Source: Camelus ferus (Eukaryota). Taken from it: a DNA stretch of 64,000 nt. The stretch spans positions 29,822,001 through 29,886,000 of the forward strand of contig NC_045709.1 in the NCBI RefSeq assembly GCF_009834535.1, given 5' to 3'. The notes beneath the pieces were generated by a model, which was not told the DNA's origin, made no database searches, and saw only the letters and a program-made list of their open reading frames with translations. This document shows positions 22,320 through 34,170 of the stretch, one piece after another. Positions within the stretch are counted from its first letter, which is position 1, and the number at the start of each line of letters is the position of its first letter. A program made the position numbers and the translations under genes.

Positions 22320-24750
22320 CAGTGAATCTTGAAATCCAGAAAAGTTCAGAAACTTAAACTTCAAAGAAAAATTAAAGTGTAATTTCTGGCTAAATTTTAG
22401 TCATTTAATCAGGAACGTGAACAAATTGAAACAAAAAAGTAAAGGAAATGAAAAAACAGAGTTTTTACTAAACCATAGTCCCCCCAAAATTCTGTTTCCT
22501 TCATGTTGTGTTTTGATATAGGATGTTACATAAAAGACGCAGAAGTTAAACTATGACAAAATTTAATGAAGGTGAGGGCCCTTGGCTTTGTGCAGGAAGG
22601 AGTTCAAGAGTGAGCCATAGTAGAGTAAATGTAGATTTATCCAGAGAGATACATGCTCCATAGATAGTGTAGGCTATCTCCGAAAGCCAGAGAGGCCACG
22701 AGGTGTGGGGGTGGGTGTTTAAAGTACAAGTAGATACATTCTTTGTAGACGAGTGCAGTCTGTCTCACTTGGAAGAATGACCGTGAGGTGTAGGGGTTAG
22801 TTTTTATGGGCTGGGTAACTTCATATGCTAGCAAGAGAGGATTATTCCAGCTACTTTGGGGAACGAGCTGGGACTCCCAGAAATTGGGCCACTGCCCACT
22901 TTTTGACCTTTTATGATCTGCCTCAGAACTGTCATGGCACCTGTGGGAGTGCCATTTCCCATGCTAATATATTACAATTACTGTATAATGAAGCTAAAGT
23001 TCTCCTGAAAGTCAAATCTCCAACCATCTTGGGCCTCAAGGTCTGTTGGGAGTTGAATTTTCTGCCATCTTGGTGTTAATTGCTATGTCATTCCTTGAAT
23101 GCCTGTGCCCTGCCCACTTCCTTCCTGTCTCAGTAGGTTTTAAACATTTTGCAGACAACTGTCTGGTGATTGCTTCAGGGGTCCTTAAAAAGTATGATGG
23201 TGGTGACTGCGCTCTTGGCTCTGAATAACATTCTCTCTACAGAATGAGGTTGGAGAATAAGTGTCAAGACTCTTTCTCTTTTATGGCAGACAGAAATTGG
23301 ATCTTAATTTTCCTATTTATACCTTACTCTCTGTCTAATAAACTTAGTGATATAAACACATTGAACACTTGATGCAATTCATTTATACATCTTGTTCTGG
23401 CTCTATTGCACAGGATTTCGTTTATTCTCCTGCCCAGTTGTCACTGGACACTCTTCCTCTGCAGATATGGAATAAGTCTTTTACCACATTTGATTTGTAA
23501 ACATGGAGTTTTTGTCCTGTATTTATGCTGTTGACTTCTCTGTTAGACCATAGGCATTAATAACTAGGATTACTCTTTTCAGTTAGCTCTTATGCTCACT
23601 TATTGGAACTATGGTCATAGTTATAAGTAATAATGACTGCATAACATTTCCTGGTATAAAAGAACAAGGTCACTCAACTATTTCAACATAGATGTGAACC
23701 CCTTCAGCCTACTCAGTTTCATTGAAATGTTAATAATGGCCTTTTCTTATAATAGCTTTTCTTACATCACTCCTTTTGTCTTTCATCCAAACAAACCAAG
23801 ATCCAGACATCCTGGTATTTTCAGGCAACTCTGAAAGAGTTTCCCAGCAAAATTGCATTCAGTAAAATTCTCCTAGTGATAGAAAGTATTTGAGGTCTCA
23901 GAGAAAATCTCACAGTGCTTAATTCTAGTATAAGCACAGAAAAAAGTCTTGGTATTTATTATCAGTTAAAACAACTTATATCAACAGACAAGAATCTCAC
24001 TTCCCACCTTTGTCACACAATTTATCATCAATTTCTGCTCAATTTATCATAATTTATTTATTAAAAAAAGAAGTCAAAATACTGAAGCTAATCTCCTGCA
24101 GGAAGACATTGCTTTATTGGGTGATTTTCCAAAGAATCCTTGGAAATATGTGATCCTAAAAGTCTATGACCTAAGTCTATTAAACAAAACAGGCATTCCT
24201 GAAGTGAATTCCAAAGTTGCTAATAAATAGATGTGTATTTGTCAGCAATTTCAACTTCCCAGATCATTGAATGTATTTACTGTCCTGAAAGGAGAACAGT
24301 GTTTCTTCATTAGCTGCTTATATGTTTTTTTCCTGAATACTTTAGAGGACAAAAGAAAGATTGTGCAGAGATAATTTTTTGATGAAATTTTTTTTCCCAT
24401 CGCTGCCAACAGACTGTGATTTTTTTAATATTCATTTATTTGGCAAAATGCTGATTTAATTGTTGCCAATTTTTTTTTATGAAAAGCTATGCGATAAAGC
24501 TATTCTTTAGCTTTCTCATTTGCAAATGGTATCTCATGGGTCCTTAGCAAGGTATTGCAATGAATTTCAAAGGCACTGCCATTATTAGTTTACTGCTGTT
24601 CTTCAAAACCTACAAAGTTACAAATATTTTTATCCAGATGTGATGCAGATTGATTATCTAATGGAAGCAATGGTGAACTATTTAACTACAAAAGAAAATA
24701 TCATGGATGCAGACATGTTGAATGTATCATGGTTGCAGAAATGGTGTTAA
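22320..24750 (+). mobile_element. Decayed hAT-Tip100-type (ZMYM1/THAP12-like) transposase coding region, interrupted by an LTR
   Basis: Collinear motifs: PEKFR...LK..FW (22336), FRG (23174), LSLDT/SADME*V...I*FV (23440-23500), KILLVIESI*GLRENLTVL (23864), KTGI..NSKVANKIDVY...IIECIYCPERRTVF (24190-24304), FFP and YPDV...TTKEN (24631-24700). Many stops and frameshifts. Compared from memory with the ZMYM1 C-terminal domain. Confidence 0.6.
22524..23132 (-). mobile_element. Solo ERV1-class LTR, about 610 bp
   Basis: TG...CA bounded (tgttaca...cctgtctca) with typical antisense ERV1 LTR text (gccactgcccactttttgacc; ccatcttgg; ccctgcccacttccttcctgtctca). Confidence 0.8.
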
Positions 24751-24799
24751 CTGTTTAATAGGCTATTTAATCAGTATGAAAAAAATACAACCCATGTAA

Positions 24800-27060
24800 G
24801 AAAAAGCTTTTCAAAAGATAATGGGTAAGGATTAGCAGGAAATGGATTTACTCTCTTACTTCAAAAAACTGAGAGGGTGGACAAAGTGCATAAAACAATG
24901 TTTTACAAGACACTTTGCATCAGGGAAAAAAGGACAGTAATCCTTGAAAGATCAAAAATAAACAATGTGAGTGCTACAATTTCCCCAACTTACAATCTTT
25001 AAGAGAGTTTCCAGGTCATGGCATATAGAGAGGGAACCCAGTCAGAATCCAAGGGAACCCTCGAGCTGGGGAGAAGATCAAAGTAGGTAGACTTTTCAGG
25101 ACAATGTTTTAGAGAAATGAGAAAGTGGACTGTGATGAGCTAACACTGTGTCACCCTAAGGTAACCTATTAAAATCATATAAAAAGTGTTTTATATATTA
25201 ATAATTAATAAAACAAATACAGAATAGTGAGGATATAGACCTGAGCAATCAAATTAACCTAATTGACATGTAGAACATTCCTGTCAACACCTGGAGAATT
25301 CATAGTATTCTTAAGTTCACATGTAACATTTACAAAGACAGACCATATTCAGAACAATAATACAAGTCTTAATACATTTAACATAATTCACTTCATGTAA
25401 GGTGTATTTCTATTGACTATAGATTAAACCAGAAATAAATAAGAAGATCTCTGAAAATTTCCCAATTATTTGGAAAGTAAATAACAAACTTCTAAATAAT
25501 CCATGTGTCAAATGAGAAATCAAAATGAAAGTTAGAAAATATTCCACGTGAGTGGGATGCTACTGCTAAACTTCTTCTGGTGGAATGTGTGGTACTCGGC
25601 CTCTGTATTAGAAAAAAAAGGGCCTCAGATCAGTGATTCGACTTTCCAACATAAGAAACTAGAAAAAGATATACAAATTAATCACAAAGTAAATAGAAGA
25701 AAGAAAGTAATGAATAATCAAGACAATAGAAAGCAAAACACAATAGAGACTTGTTATAAAGCTATAGTAATAAAGATATGTATTGGTATGAGAACAAATA
25801 GATCAAGGGACCAGAACAGATGTTCCAGAAATAGACCCAAACGCTTACTGACAACTGATTTTTTACAAAGTTGCACAAACAGTTGAGTGGATTAAGGATA
25901 GTCTTTTAAACAAATAATGTTGAAATAATTGGGTATCCACATGTGAAAAAAAAAATCTCTGATCCATACCGTGCCCCATATAAAATATATTAATGTAAAA
26001 CCAAGAACTATAAAACTTCTAGAAAAAAATGCTTTGTAATTTTGGGTTAGATACAGATGCCTTAGATAGTACACCAAAAGCATGCTCAAAAAAACTGGTA
26101 AATTGGAATTTATCAAAATTAAAACTTCTGCTCTTCAGAAGATACTAAGTTGATGAAAAGAAACCAAAGATTGGGAGAAAATATTTACCAATTTATATAT
26201 CCAATAGAGAACTTCTATCTGAAATAAATAAATAACTCTAAAATTAAAAAAACAAAAAAACGCCCAATTAAAAATGGACAAACAATTTGAACAGACAGTT
26301 TACCAAAGAAGGTATGGGCAGCAAGGAGCACATTAATAGATGCTCAGCCTGATAGCTGCAGTGAGATACAGCTACACACCTATTTGAACAGGTAAATTTC
26401 AAGACACCGACCATGAACATTTTCATTCAGGATATGGAGGGAACGAGAATTCTCATACACTTCTGGTATGAATATAAAGTCATGGAGTTATTTTAGGAAA
26501 CACTTGGACAGTTGCTTAAGAGTCTAGGTATTTCCCTGTAGAGGAAAAAATACATCTACATACAAAGACTTGTACAGAAATGTTCATAGCAGTTTTATTC
26601 GTAATAGCCCAAGTTTGGAATCAGCACAAATGTTCATCAGCAGGTGAATGGATATACAAACTATGGTATATCCATGCAATGACATACTACTAAGTACTAA
26701 AAATGAGTGAGCTGTTGATATAGGCAACAATGTGGATGAATCTCAAAAGAATCATTCTGAATGAAAGTAGCCAGATTAAAAAAAGAATATGCTCTTTAAT
26801 TCCATTTATATGAAGTCCTAGGAAACGTAAACTAATATTAGAGCACATCAATGTTTGCTTTGAGGTGAAGGAGTCAGAATCAAAAAGGTATAGGAGGAAA
26901 GGTTTAAATGGGACATGAAGAAACTTTTGGGGGTTATGGAAATGTTCATTATCTTGATTGGAATGTTAATTTTAAGTGATCTAAAAATGTCAAAATGTAT
27001 TAAATGGTACACTTCAAACGTGAACTTCATAGTGTATCAGTTCTTCCTTAACAAAGCAGT
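24800..27060 (+). mobile_element. Ancient L1M, internally deleted: 5' region, endonuclease piece, ORF2 end and L1ME/MD-like 3' UTR
   Basis: Endonuclease-region text at 25200-25550, ORF2 3' text from 25740, and 3' UTR ending gtgtatcagttcttccttaacaaagcag. Confidence 0.9.
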
Positions 27061-27489
27061 TGACTATAAGATAATTTTAAGTACTTTTATGGCAATATTT
27101 GGGCTTCATGAATGTGGATTTATAAACAATTATGAATTATGGCTTAAAAATCTCATTTTAGCATGTGATAGGATAAAAAGAGAAAATGATGATTGCTGCA
27201 AATGGGTGCCAATGGAAAAATCTGTAATTCTTTTTTATAACCACACTTAAGGTTTACCAATAGAATATTTGGTTTAAGAGTAATAACCAAGTGCCCCTTT
27301 AAAGACCTTTATTCATTCATTTACTTAGGCACACACCAAGTTATGTGCTCACTGTGTGAAAGGATATATGTGAAGATATTATATATCATGTTTGGAAAAA
27401 AAAAATCAGACGTAAATTTTGACTTCATGCCCTCGTATGGAAAGAGGGCTACAAGATAAGGACCCTTAACTAAATTATTTCAATAATTA

Positions 27490-27556
27490 AGTTGAATGAT
27501 GTTTGTAAAATACATAACACAGAGCTTGATACACAGCACATACTCAATAATATTAG
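27490..27556 (+). mobile_element. MIR 3' fragment
   Basis: tgtaaaatacataacacagagcttgatacacagcacatactcaataatattagc. Confidence 0.6.
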
Positions 27557-28169
27557 CGCATCATTAATAAAGAAAAGAGAGTGAAAAGTCCTGTGAAAAG
27601 GATAGATAAAATGTCATGGGAATTTAAGGAAGTAAGAAGTAAGAGATTTTTAGCCCTTCCCTCTCTCCGTCCCTCTCTCCCTCCTTCCCGCCCAACTCTT
27701 TCCCCCACCGCCCGCCGTGTGTAGGAGTGTATTGGGGAAAATGTGTCTTTAGTATGCTCCATGAATTGGATGGCTTTAAGAGTTGATTGAAGGCTGTCCT
27801 TCAGCAAAAGGCTATAAATCACATAACAATGAAGCTGGATAGATAAGAGAAAAAAAATGTTTAGGTCTGAATTCCATATTTTTCCTCAAATATTATTGAT
27901 TTTGTTTTCCTCTTCAATATAATCTTGTGACTAAAGATAATGAACTGAAAATAAATAAATAAATTGGCAGTTTTACAGAATACACCAAAATTGGAGATTT
28001 GGAACCTAATTACATATGCTGAGATAGCTACCTGCCCTTAAAAAAAAAAAGAAAGAAAAAATGAAACTAAACAAAAACAAATCGATCACATAAAAAAATT
28101 CCCCACCCCAGGTTGTCTCCTGGGCTGCACACCTGTGAGTTAGAGTAGGCCCTGTGTAGATGCGTGTAA

Positions 28170-28308
28170 CTCCTCCTTATCTGCGGTGCGGCGGCTGCAC
28201 ACTCAACCAACCTGGGATCCTGCAGTGCTGTAGTATTTACTACTGAAAAAATCCACATCTAAGTGGACCCGTACAGTTCGAATCCACGTTGTTCAAGAAT
28301 CAACTGTA
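28170..28308 (-). mobile_element. TcMar-Tigger terminal fragment
   Basis: aagtggacccgtacagttcgaatccacgttgttcaagaatcaactgta is the reverse complement of a Tigger2/MER8-type terminus, ending at TA. Confidence 0.8.
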
Positions 28309-28694
28309 AATATTGTTTCAGATAATCAAGTTTAAAGCAGTTTTTAAAACCTAGATAATTCAATATGATGATCTGTATCAAAAATTGTAAAAAAATCCAC
28401 TCTGAAAAGGCTGATAAAATAGGTAACCTCTAGTATACAGTTTAAGCAGGCACCATAGCATAGAAGAGTAATCTCAGTATGTTCAGAATTTCTTCTGGCT
28501 TATCAGAAAGGCAGGTTTTCTTTCAAAGACCGCAGTGGAAAAGGGTGTATATCGAGACGCCCAGAGAGTACCCTCTTAAGTCCAGGGCAGTGCATCTTCT
28601 ATAAAAAGGGAGCGTACAAGCGTGATGTTGAGTGCATACCAACTTGAGATTGCCTGAGTGCTAACCTGTGCCCTTAGTCCTGTTATTTAGGCTT

Positions 28695-29197
28695 TTATTC
28701 CCCCAAGTTTTAAAACCGATAAAATGCACATACTGTAAATGTTACTGTCTTAATCATTTTTAAATATATAGCTCAGTGGTTTTAAGTACATTTATTTTGT
28801 TCAACCATCACCACCATCCATCTCTAGAACCCTCTTCATCTTGCAGAAATAATACTGTTTAGCATAGTATTAAACAACAACTCCCCATTTCCCCTCCTCC
28901 ATGATCCCTGGAAACCACTGTTTTACTCTGTCTCTATGATTTTGATGATTCAGTATCTCACATAAGTGGAATCATGCNNNNNNNNNNNNNNNNNNNNNNN
29001 NNNNNNNNNNNNNNNNNNNNNNNNNNNNNNNNNNNNNNNNNNNNNNNNNNNNNNNNNNNNNNNNNNNNNNNNNNNNNNNNNNNNNNNNNNNNNNNNNNNN
29101 NNNNNNCCATTTTGCTTATACGTTCATCCATCAGTGGACACTTGGGCGGCTTCCGCATTTTAGCTGTTGTGACTAATGCTGCTGCAAACAGGGATGG
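28695..29197 (-). mobile_element. L1MB-like 3' end containing an N run
   Basis: aaccatcaccaccatccatctctagaac...cataagtggaatcatgc...ggacacttggg. Confidence 0.9.
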
Positions 29198-29239
29198 GTG
29201 AATAACCCAGCCTTTTCAAACCTCACATTCCACACTGTA

Positions 29240-29345
29240 AAGTGAAAGGGACAATAATACATAGAACATTAAGCTGTTGAACGGATTAAATGAAATGATC
29301 CATGTAGAGCAATTAGCATAGCTCTGGCACATGATGTAATTTTAA
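29240..29345 (+). mobile_element. MIR fragment
   Basis: ggattaaatgaaatgatccatgtagagcaattagcatagctctggcac. Confidence 0.7.
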
Positions 29346-30299
29346 AGTAAAATGTTCACTCTTATTTTTATGAAAGTGTCGGCTCCACACAATTGAGCAG
29401 TAGACCTTTCCCAGTGCCCAGAAACTGAATATTAAGTGTCAAGTAGACAAATCCAGTAGCAACAGTGCACAGTGAGAGCCAACTGTGAGGCCATCGCTGT
29501 GTGTTCACTCAACTGAAATATGTTTTTTTTCACCTTAATTTTTAGAATTGTATCTTTGGGTTTTATCCTGTAGAGCGATAATAGGCCAAATGTTGAAGAA
29601 GTCTGAAAAATTATGACTTCCCGTCTCCAGACCTTTATAGATCTGGTCATCTGAGTGCTTGACATCATCTATCTTTCCACTTATCTATCCCTACGATAAT
29701 AAAATATGGGATTAAAGTGGCTTTTACCTGTAGTGGGAGACTGGGTGTATTTCACATGTCAGTTCTTTGAAAGGGGAAACTCCAGAGCTTCAGAAACTAT
29801 ACTGAAGAGTCAAATGAGTGCTGAGGAAGAACATTTCTGAGTATTACCTGTTAGGATTACAATTTTACTGCTTTAAAGTAATTATAATTTTCATTGCAGA
29901 ATCTATTAAAAAGGCTTTTACCTGACAGTAATTTTTCTTGTAGTTACAGGTCATTGTTAGAATGAAGGGAAGAAAAGAAGACACGAAGGAGAAATGGGAC
30001 TGTTTACCAAGAGTATCTTCACAGAGGGAGACAAGAATTGCTGAGAACCTTAATGCCTGCAGAGCGTAAATCACTTAAGAAGCATACAAATTCTGCTCCA
30101 GCCTCCCAGACGCCTGCTCGTTCACGTGTGAGTACTTAACGTGATTTCACTTCATACTCGTATTTCTTTATCAGATAATTTTAATTCAAATCTAATCTTA
30201 CATTTTATTAACACTCTGGGAGACATAGTGTTTTTTGTGTTATCACTTGTGTCATCAAGAATGGGGAGAGATTCCTTTTTTATTTTTATATTATGTTTA

Positions 30300-30450
30300 A
30301 AAAACTAACTACAATTGCTGAGCACTTCTGAATGCCAGGTAGCACAAGTCACTTAATTTATCTGTTGCTAATAAATACCCTCCTGACAAACATTTGAATA
30401 CCTACAAGCATTCCCATTTATGCAGAGAGAGATTTGAAGTCACATGGCTT
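30300..30450 (-). mobile_element. MIR fragment
   Basis: ttgctgagcacttctgaatgccagg...cccatttatgcagagagag. Confidence 0.55.
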
Positions 30451-32464
30451 TTCTAGAGTTCCTCGAGCATCTGTCAGAGGTAAAACTCATTACAGACCTG
30501 TAACACTGAACATTCACAGACGTAGAAATCCCTTATACTTCTTAAATAAATAAAACATCTAAACTTCACTTTTAAAGACCTTACATTGTAGATTTGTCGT
30601 AGACCAAATGACCAAACGTAGTCAGAGGTGTTTGTATGTTTGTTTTGTTCTTGAAAGAATCTCGAAACTTTCCTAGAGCCTTGCGTAGCCAGTGGTGTGA
30701 TCTGGAGGCTGCACGAATGGTGATGCCATTAGCTGAGCTGGGAAGAAAGGAGTAGGAACAGGATTGATGCTGAACGACGTGTTTGGCTTCTGCAGCGTAA
30801 AGAGGAGGGAAGCTTCCTCCTGATGTGCAGGCAGCTGACCCTTCGGACCCAGTCATGAAGTTTTGTGTCTTCATGTTGTGAGCTAAGCTACACTTTGAAG
30901 AAAATGCTGTATCGGCAGCAGCTATTTCTAATATGAGGAAATTGTCATAGTTTTTGAATTTTGTCAAGTGTCACTTTAACTAACAAAACCATCCTCTTTC
31001 CATTATATTTATCTAAAATTTCTTGCACAAAATAAATACAGCGCAGCTTCATTTGTAATTATTGATGTTTGATATGCAGTTACTGTAATCCATTAATAAT
31101 CTAAAATCTCCTTTTAGCCATTTTTGAACTTCCTCATTTGTGAATATTTTTAAACAGCACTTCCAGAAAGAATGAACTTAATGTTAATACCTTTCTGCCA
31201 TCATTATGGAAGTACTAATACTGAGATGGGTAAAGCTGGGTGGCAGCTTGTAGCTAGATGCACTGTGTGGGTGCAGTGTGTAACCTGGAGAAACAGCCTC
31301 TCAATTACCTAGAATTAGCTGTAAAAATATGTTGGCTCCAGTTATGAGAACTAAGATTTGTGTTACACTAAAAATCCTTAATTTTCTTAGCAAGTTGTAT
31401 GTATTTGATGGACTGGTTTTTGAAAGAGCCTCTACAATTTCAGTTGAAAATGTTTTCTTGAAGTAACTCAATATGGACTAGGCAAGCCAGAGTAAACCAT
31501 GGCATGAAAATCTGGAAGACAGCCTCCAATTAACATTTTATGCATATGACCTGCCTTAATGAGGAAATGAAAATCATAAAATTAGCTTTTATCTAATGGT
31601 CTAAAACTTGGTTATGGAAAGTGTTGCTGCTGACAAAGGAAACGTTACCTCATGCTGGCGGCTCAGAGACTTACAGGCACCTGAGTGACCCATGGCTCAA
31701 CAGCTGGTAACCGAAACCCGTCTTGTCAATGTCAGCTACAGTCCATCTTCCCTATTCACCAGAGGAAACACAGCCACAATTTGCTTACAGTTTCTGGTGT
31801 CAGAAGGACCATGCTCTTGGCTCTCATCCCTTTAGGATTGTGGAGAGAAAGCCAAGGCATACATCCAGTGTGCCTACCCCGTCAGCTGTGGGGCAGAGGG
31901 GATGAAGGATGCAGTACATTATGAATCACTGCTTCCAAATATTCAGAGGACAAAATAGGACAAAGGTTGTTTTTCTTATTATAACTATATAAAGAAGAAG
32001 AAAATTCAAAATTATACCTCTCTGTACTTCAGTTTTGAATGTGTGGAGATCAGAAAGAAAATCCATTTGCTTCATCTCTTAAACTTAGGGCTAAGACAAG
32101 TAAAAGATAATCTCTATTAGTAAATTATCCTCGAGACTAATTTACTCAAAAAAGAAAAGCAATTCAAGATATACTGTAAGCAAACAGCTAATAAATGCTG
32201 CTATAAATAAGATTAAGTAAGGATAAAGATAAAAGGGGGTAGGAAATATCAAAGAAAAATAAAAGAATTTTCCAGAGCTTACGAATACAGTCACATCAAA
32301 AAGAGTTCACTGAAGACCTAGCATGTTGACTCTGAAGACTTATGCTTAGAGACAACACTTGAAATCACAGAACAGACCCACAAAGAAAAATCTGGTCAAC
32401 TACGAAAAATAAGAATCAGACTTCCTTCAAAATCTTCTTAGAAGAGAAAGCCACTAACTGTATA

Positions 32465-32800
32465 GCATTCTCCCCACAAATCCATAACCCCACTCTAATT
32501 GTGAGAAAACACCAGCCAAGGCAAAGTTGAGGTATATTTTCCCAAACACCTGACCAGTACTCTTCAAAAATGTGAAGGCCAAGAAAAACAAAAGACTGAA
32601 GAACTGTCTCAGATTGAAGGAGACTGAAGACAGGGAGATGAGATGCGTGCGGTTTACCGGATGGACGCCTAGAACAGAGTAAAGGGCACCAGGGGACTGC
32701 CAGCAAAACCCAGATGAAGTCTGCATTTCAGTTAGTAGGGTTGTGTCAGTCCAGTGTGAAGTCCAAATCTTGATATTTTCATAATGTGGAAACATTCTGG
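32465..32800 (+). mobile_element. L1MC4/L1ME-like 3' UTR fragment
   Basis: ctgaccagtactcttcaaaaatgtgaagg...agattgaaggagactgaag...gaagtctgcatttcagttagtag. Confidence 0.8.
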
Positions 32801-33329
32801 AAGTTTACTTTCACCAACATTTTCTTAAATACTTTACAATATGCTATAGCAAAACAGAGGCACCAACTAAGAAAAAGTATGATATGGAATATAGGAAAAA
32901 GGTGGAAGCAATTTAGGAAAATAGTGGAGGGAAATCCCACAATAATAACAGTAGAGGAATTGGCCTGGATTGGAGAAGAAGAAAAATGCCGTCAGGAGTG
33001 AGGACTTTGAAAAAATTTAAATGAAGGAAAATATCCTGATAAGGTACCTGATGGTACTGAGACTTTGGACAAATCACTGACATGATAAGAGGCTATACTG
33101 TTAAAGAAAGAAAAAGAAAAAAGCAAGGAATAAAAGAAGAAAAAAAAAGGCAATTAGAAATTCCAAGAAAACCAAAAGTTTGTATAAAAATGAAAATAAT
33201 ACATCATTATTTCCTGCTTGGCTCTTTAAAGAACAGTATTTACGTGGCCACCATACTGTAATTATCATTCACTGCTGTTAAGTGAACTGGCATTTAAAGT
33301 GGCATTAAAGCACAAGGGCTCTGATGAGG

Positions 33330-34170
33330 AAGCACCACAGAGGAGGGGACTGAACCTGAGTTTAAGGATGAAGAAAAGCTTGGCAGGAGGTCCTGTCTGA
33401 GCTGAAACCTGAAGACTGGCTGGCCTGAAAGAAGGATATGGCAGTAGGGAGGATTTCAAGCAAAAGAAACAAAATTTGAAAAGGCCCACAAGTAAAAGAA
33501 AGCATGCTGTGTTCAGGGTGCTGAAGGAAATGAATTAATAGGAGTAAAAAGCTGAGGAGTGGGGAGGCATTGGGTAAGTGGTAAGAAATAGAGTTTGAGG
33601 AGAAGGGACTGTGTTATGGAGTGACACGTATTTTTTAGACTTTGAACCTGTGGCTTTGTAACAAAGTGGCTTAAGCAGGAGAGCCACAGTCATGGTATCA
33701 CTTTCATAAAGGTGACTTTGGATGCTGTGTGGGGAGTGGTTGCAATTGAGAAAGGATAAAGGCAGAGAGGAGAGCCGTTACTATAACAAGAACAGCTTGG
33801 CCTAGATTAGCATAGGGCCAGTAAGGAAGGGATGTGAAGGGCATTTGAGGGGAAGCACAGGTGACATTTAGTGACTGTGTGAACTTGGGGAACAAGGTAG
33901 ATGGAAGAGTTGAGAAGAGTGTCCCGTTTCTGACTTGAGTCACTTTGTAGATAGAGGTACCAGTCACTTCACTCAGCACAGATTGGAAGTGATGTTGGGA
34001 CACAGGGCAGAAGAGCTGATGACTCCAGTTGTCTGTCCATATCTAGGAGACCCAGGATGAGATATAGATTAAGCGGTTGGGTATGTGATTTCAAGCTCAA
34101 ACTGAGGGCATGGGCCAGAGATATTTTTGGGTGGCATCTGATAATGATTCATGATTGAAGTCATGGCAGT
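33330..34170 (-). mobile_element. L2 fragment
   Basis: Long purine-rich antisense L2 (gctgaaacctgaag; ggtgactttggatgctgtgtgg; gattgaagtcatgg). Confidence 0.75.

Noticed and set aside
23414-24750. Endogenous viral nucleoprotein (bornavirus or pneumovirus N-like) reading of this region
   Set aside because: Short look-alikes such as PEYF...DC..II and KENIM are isolated or out of order, whereas the hAT motifs are collinear over the whole span. A translated search would settle it.
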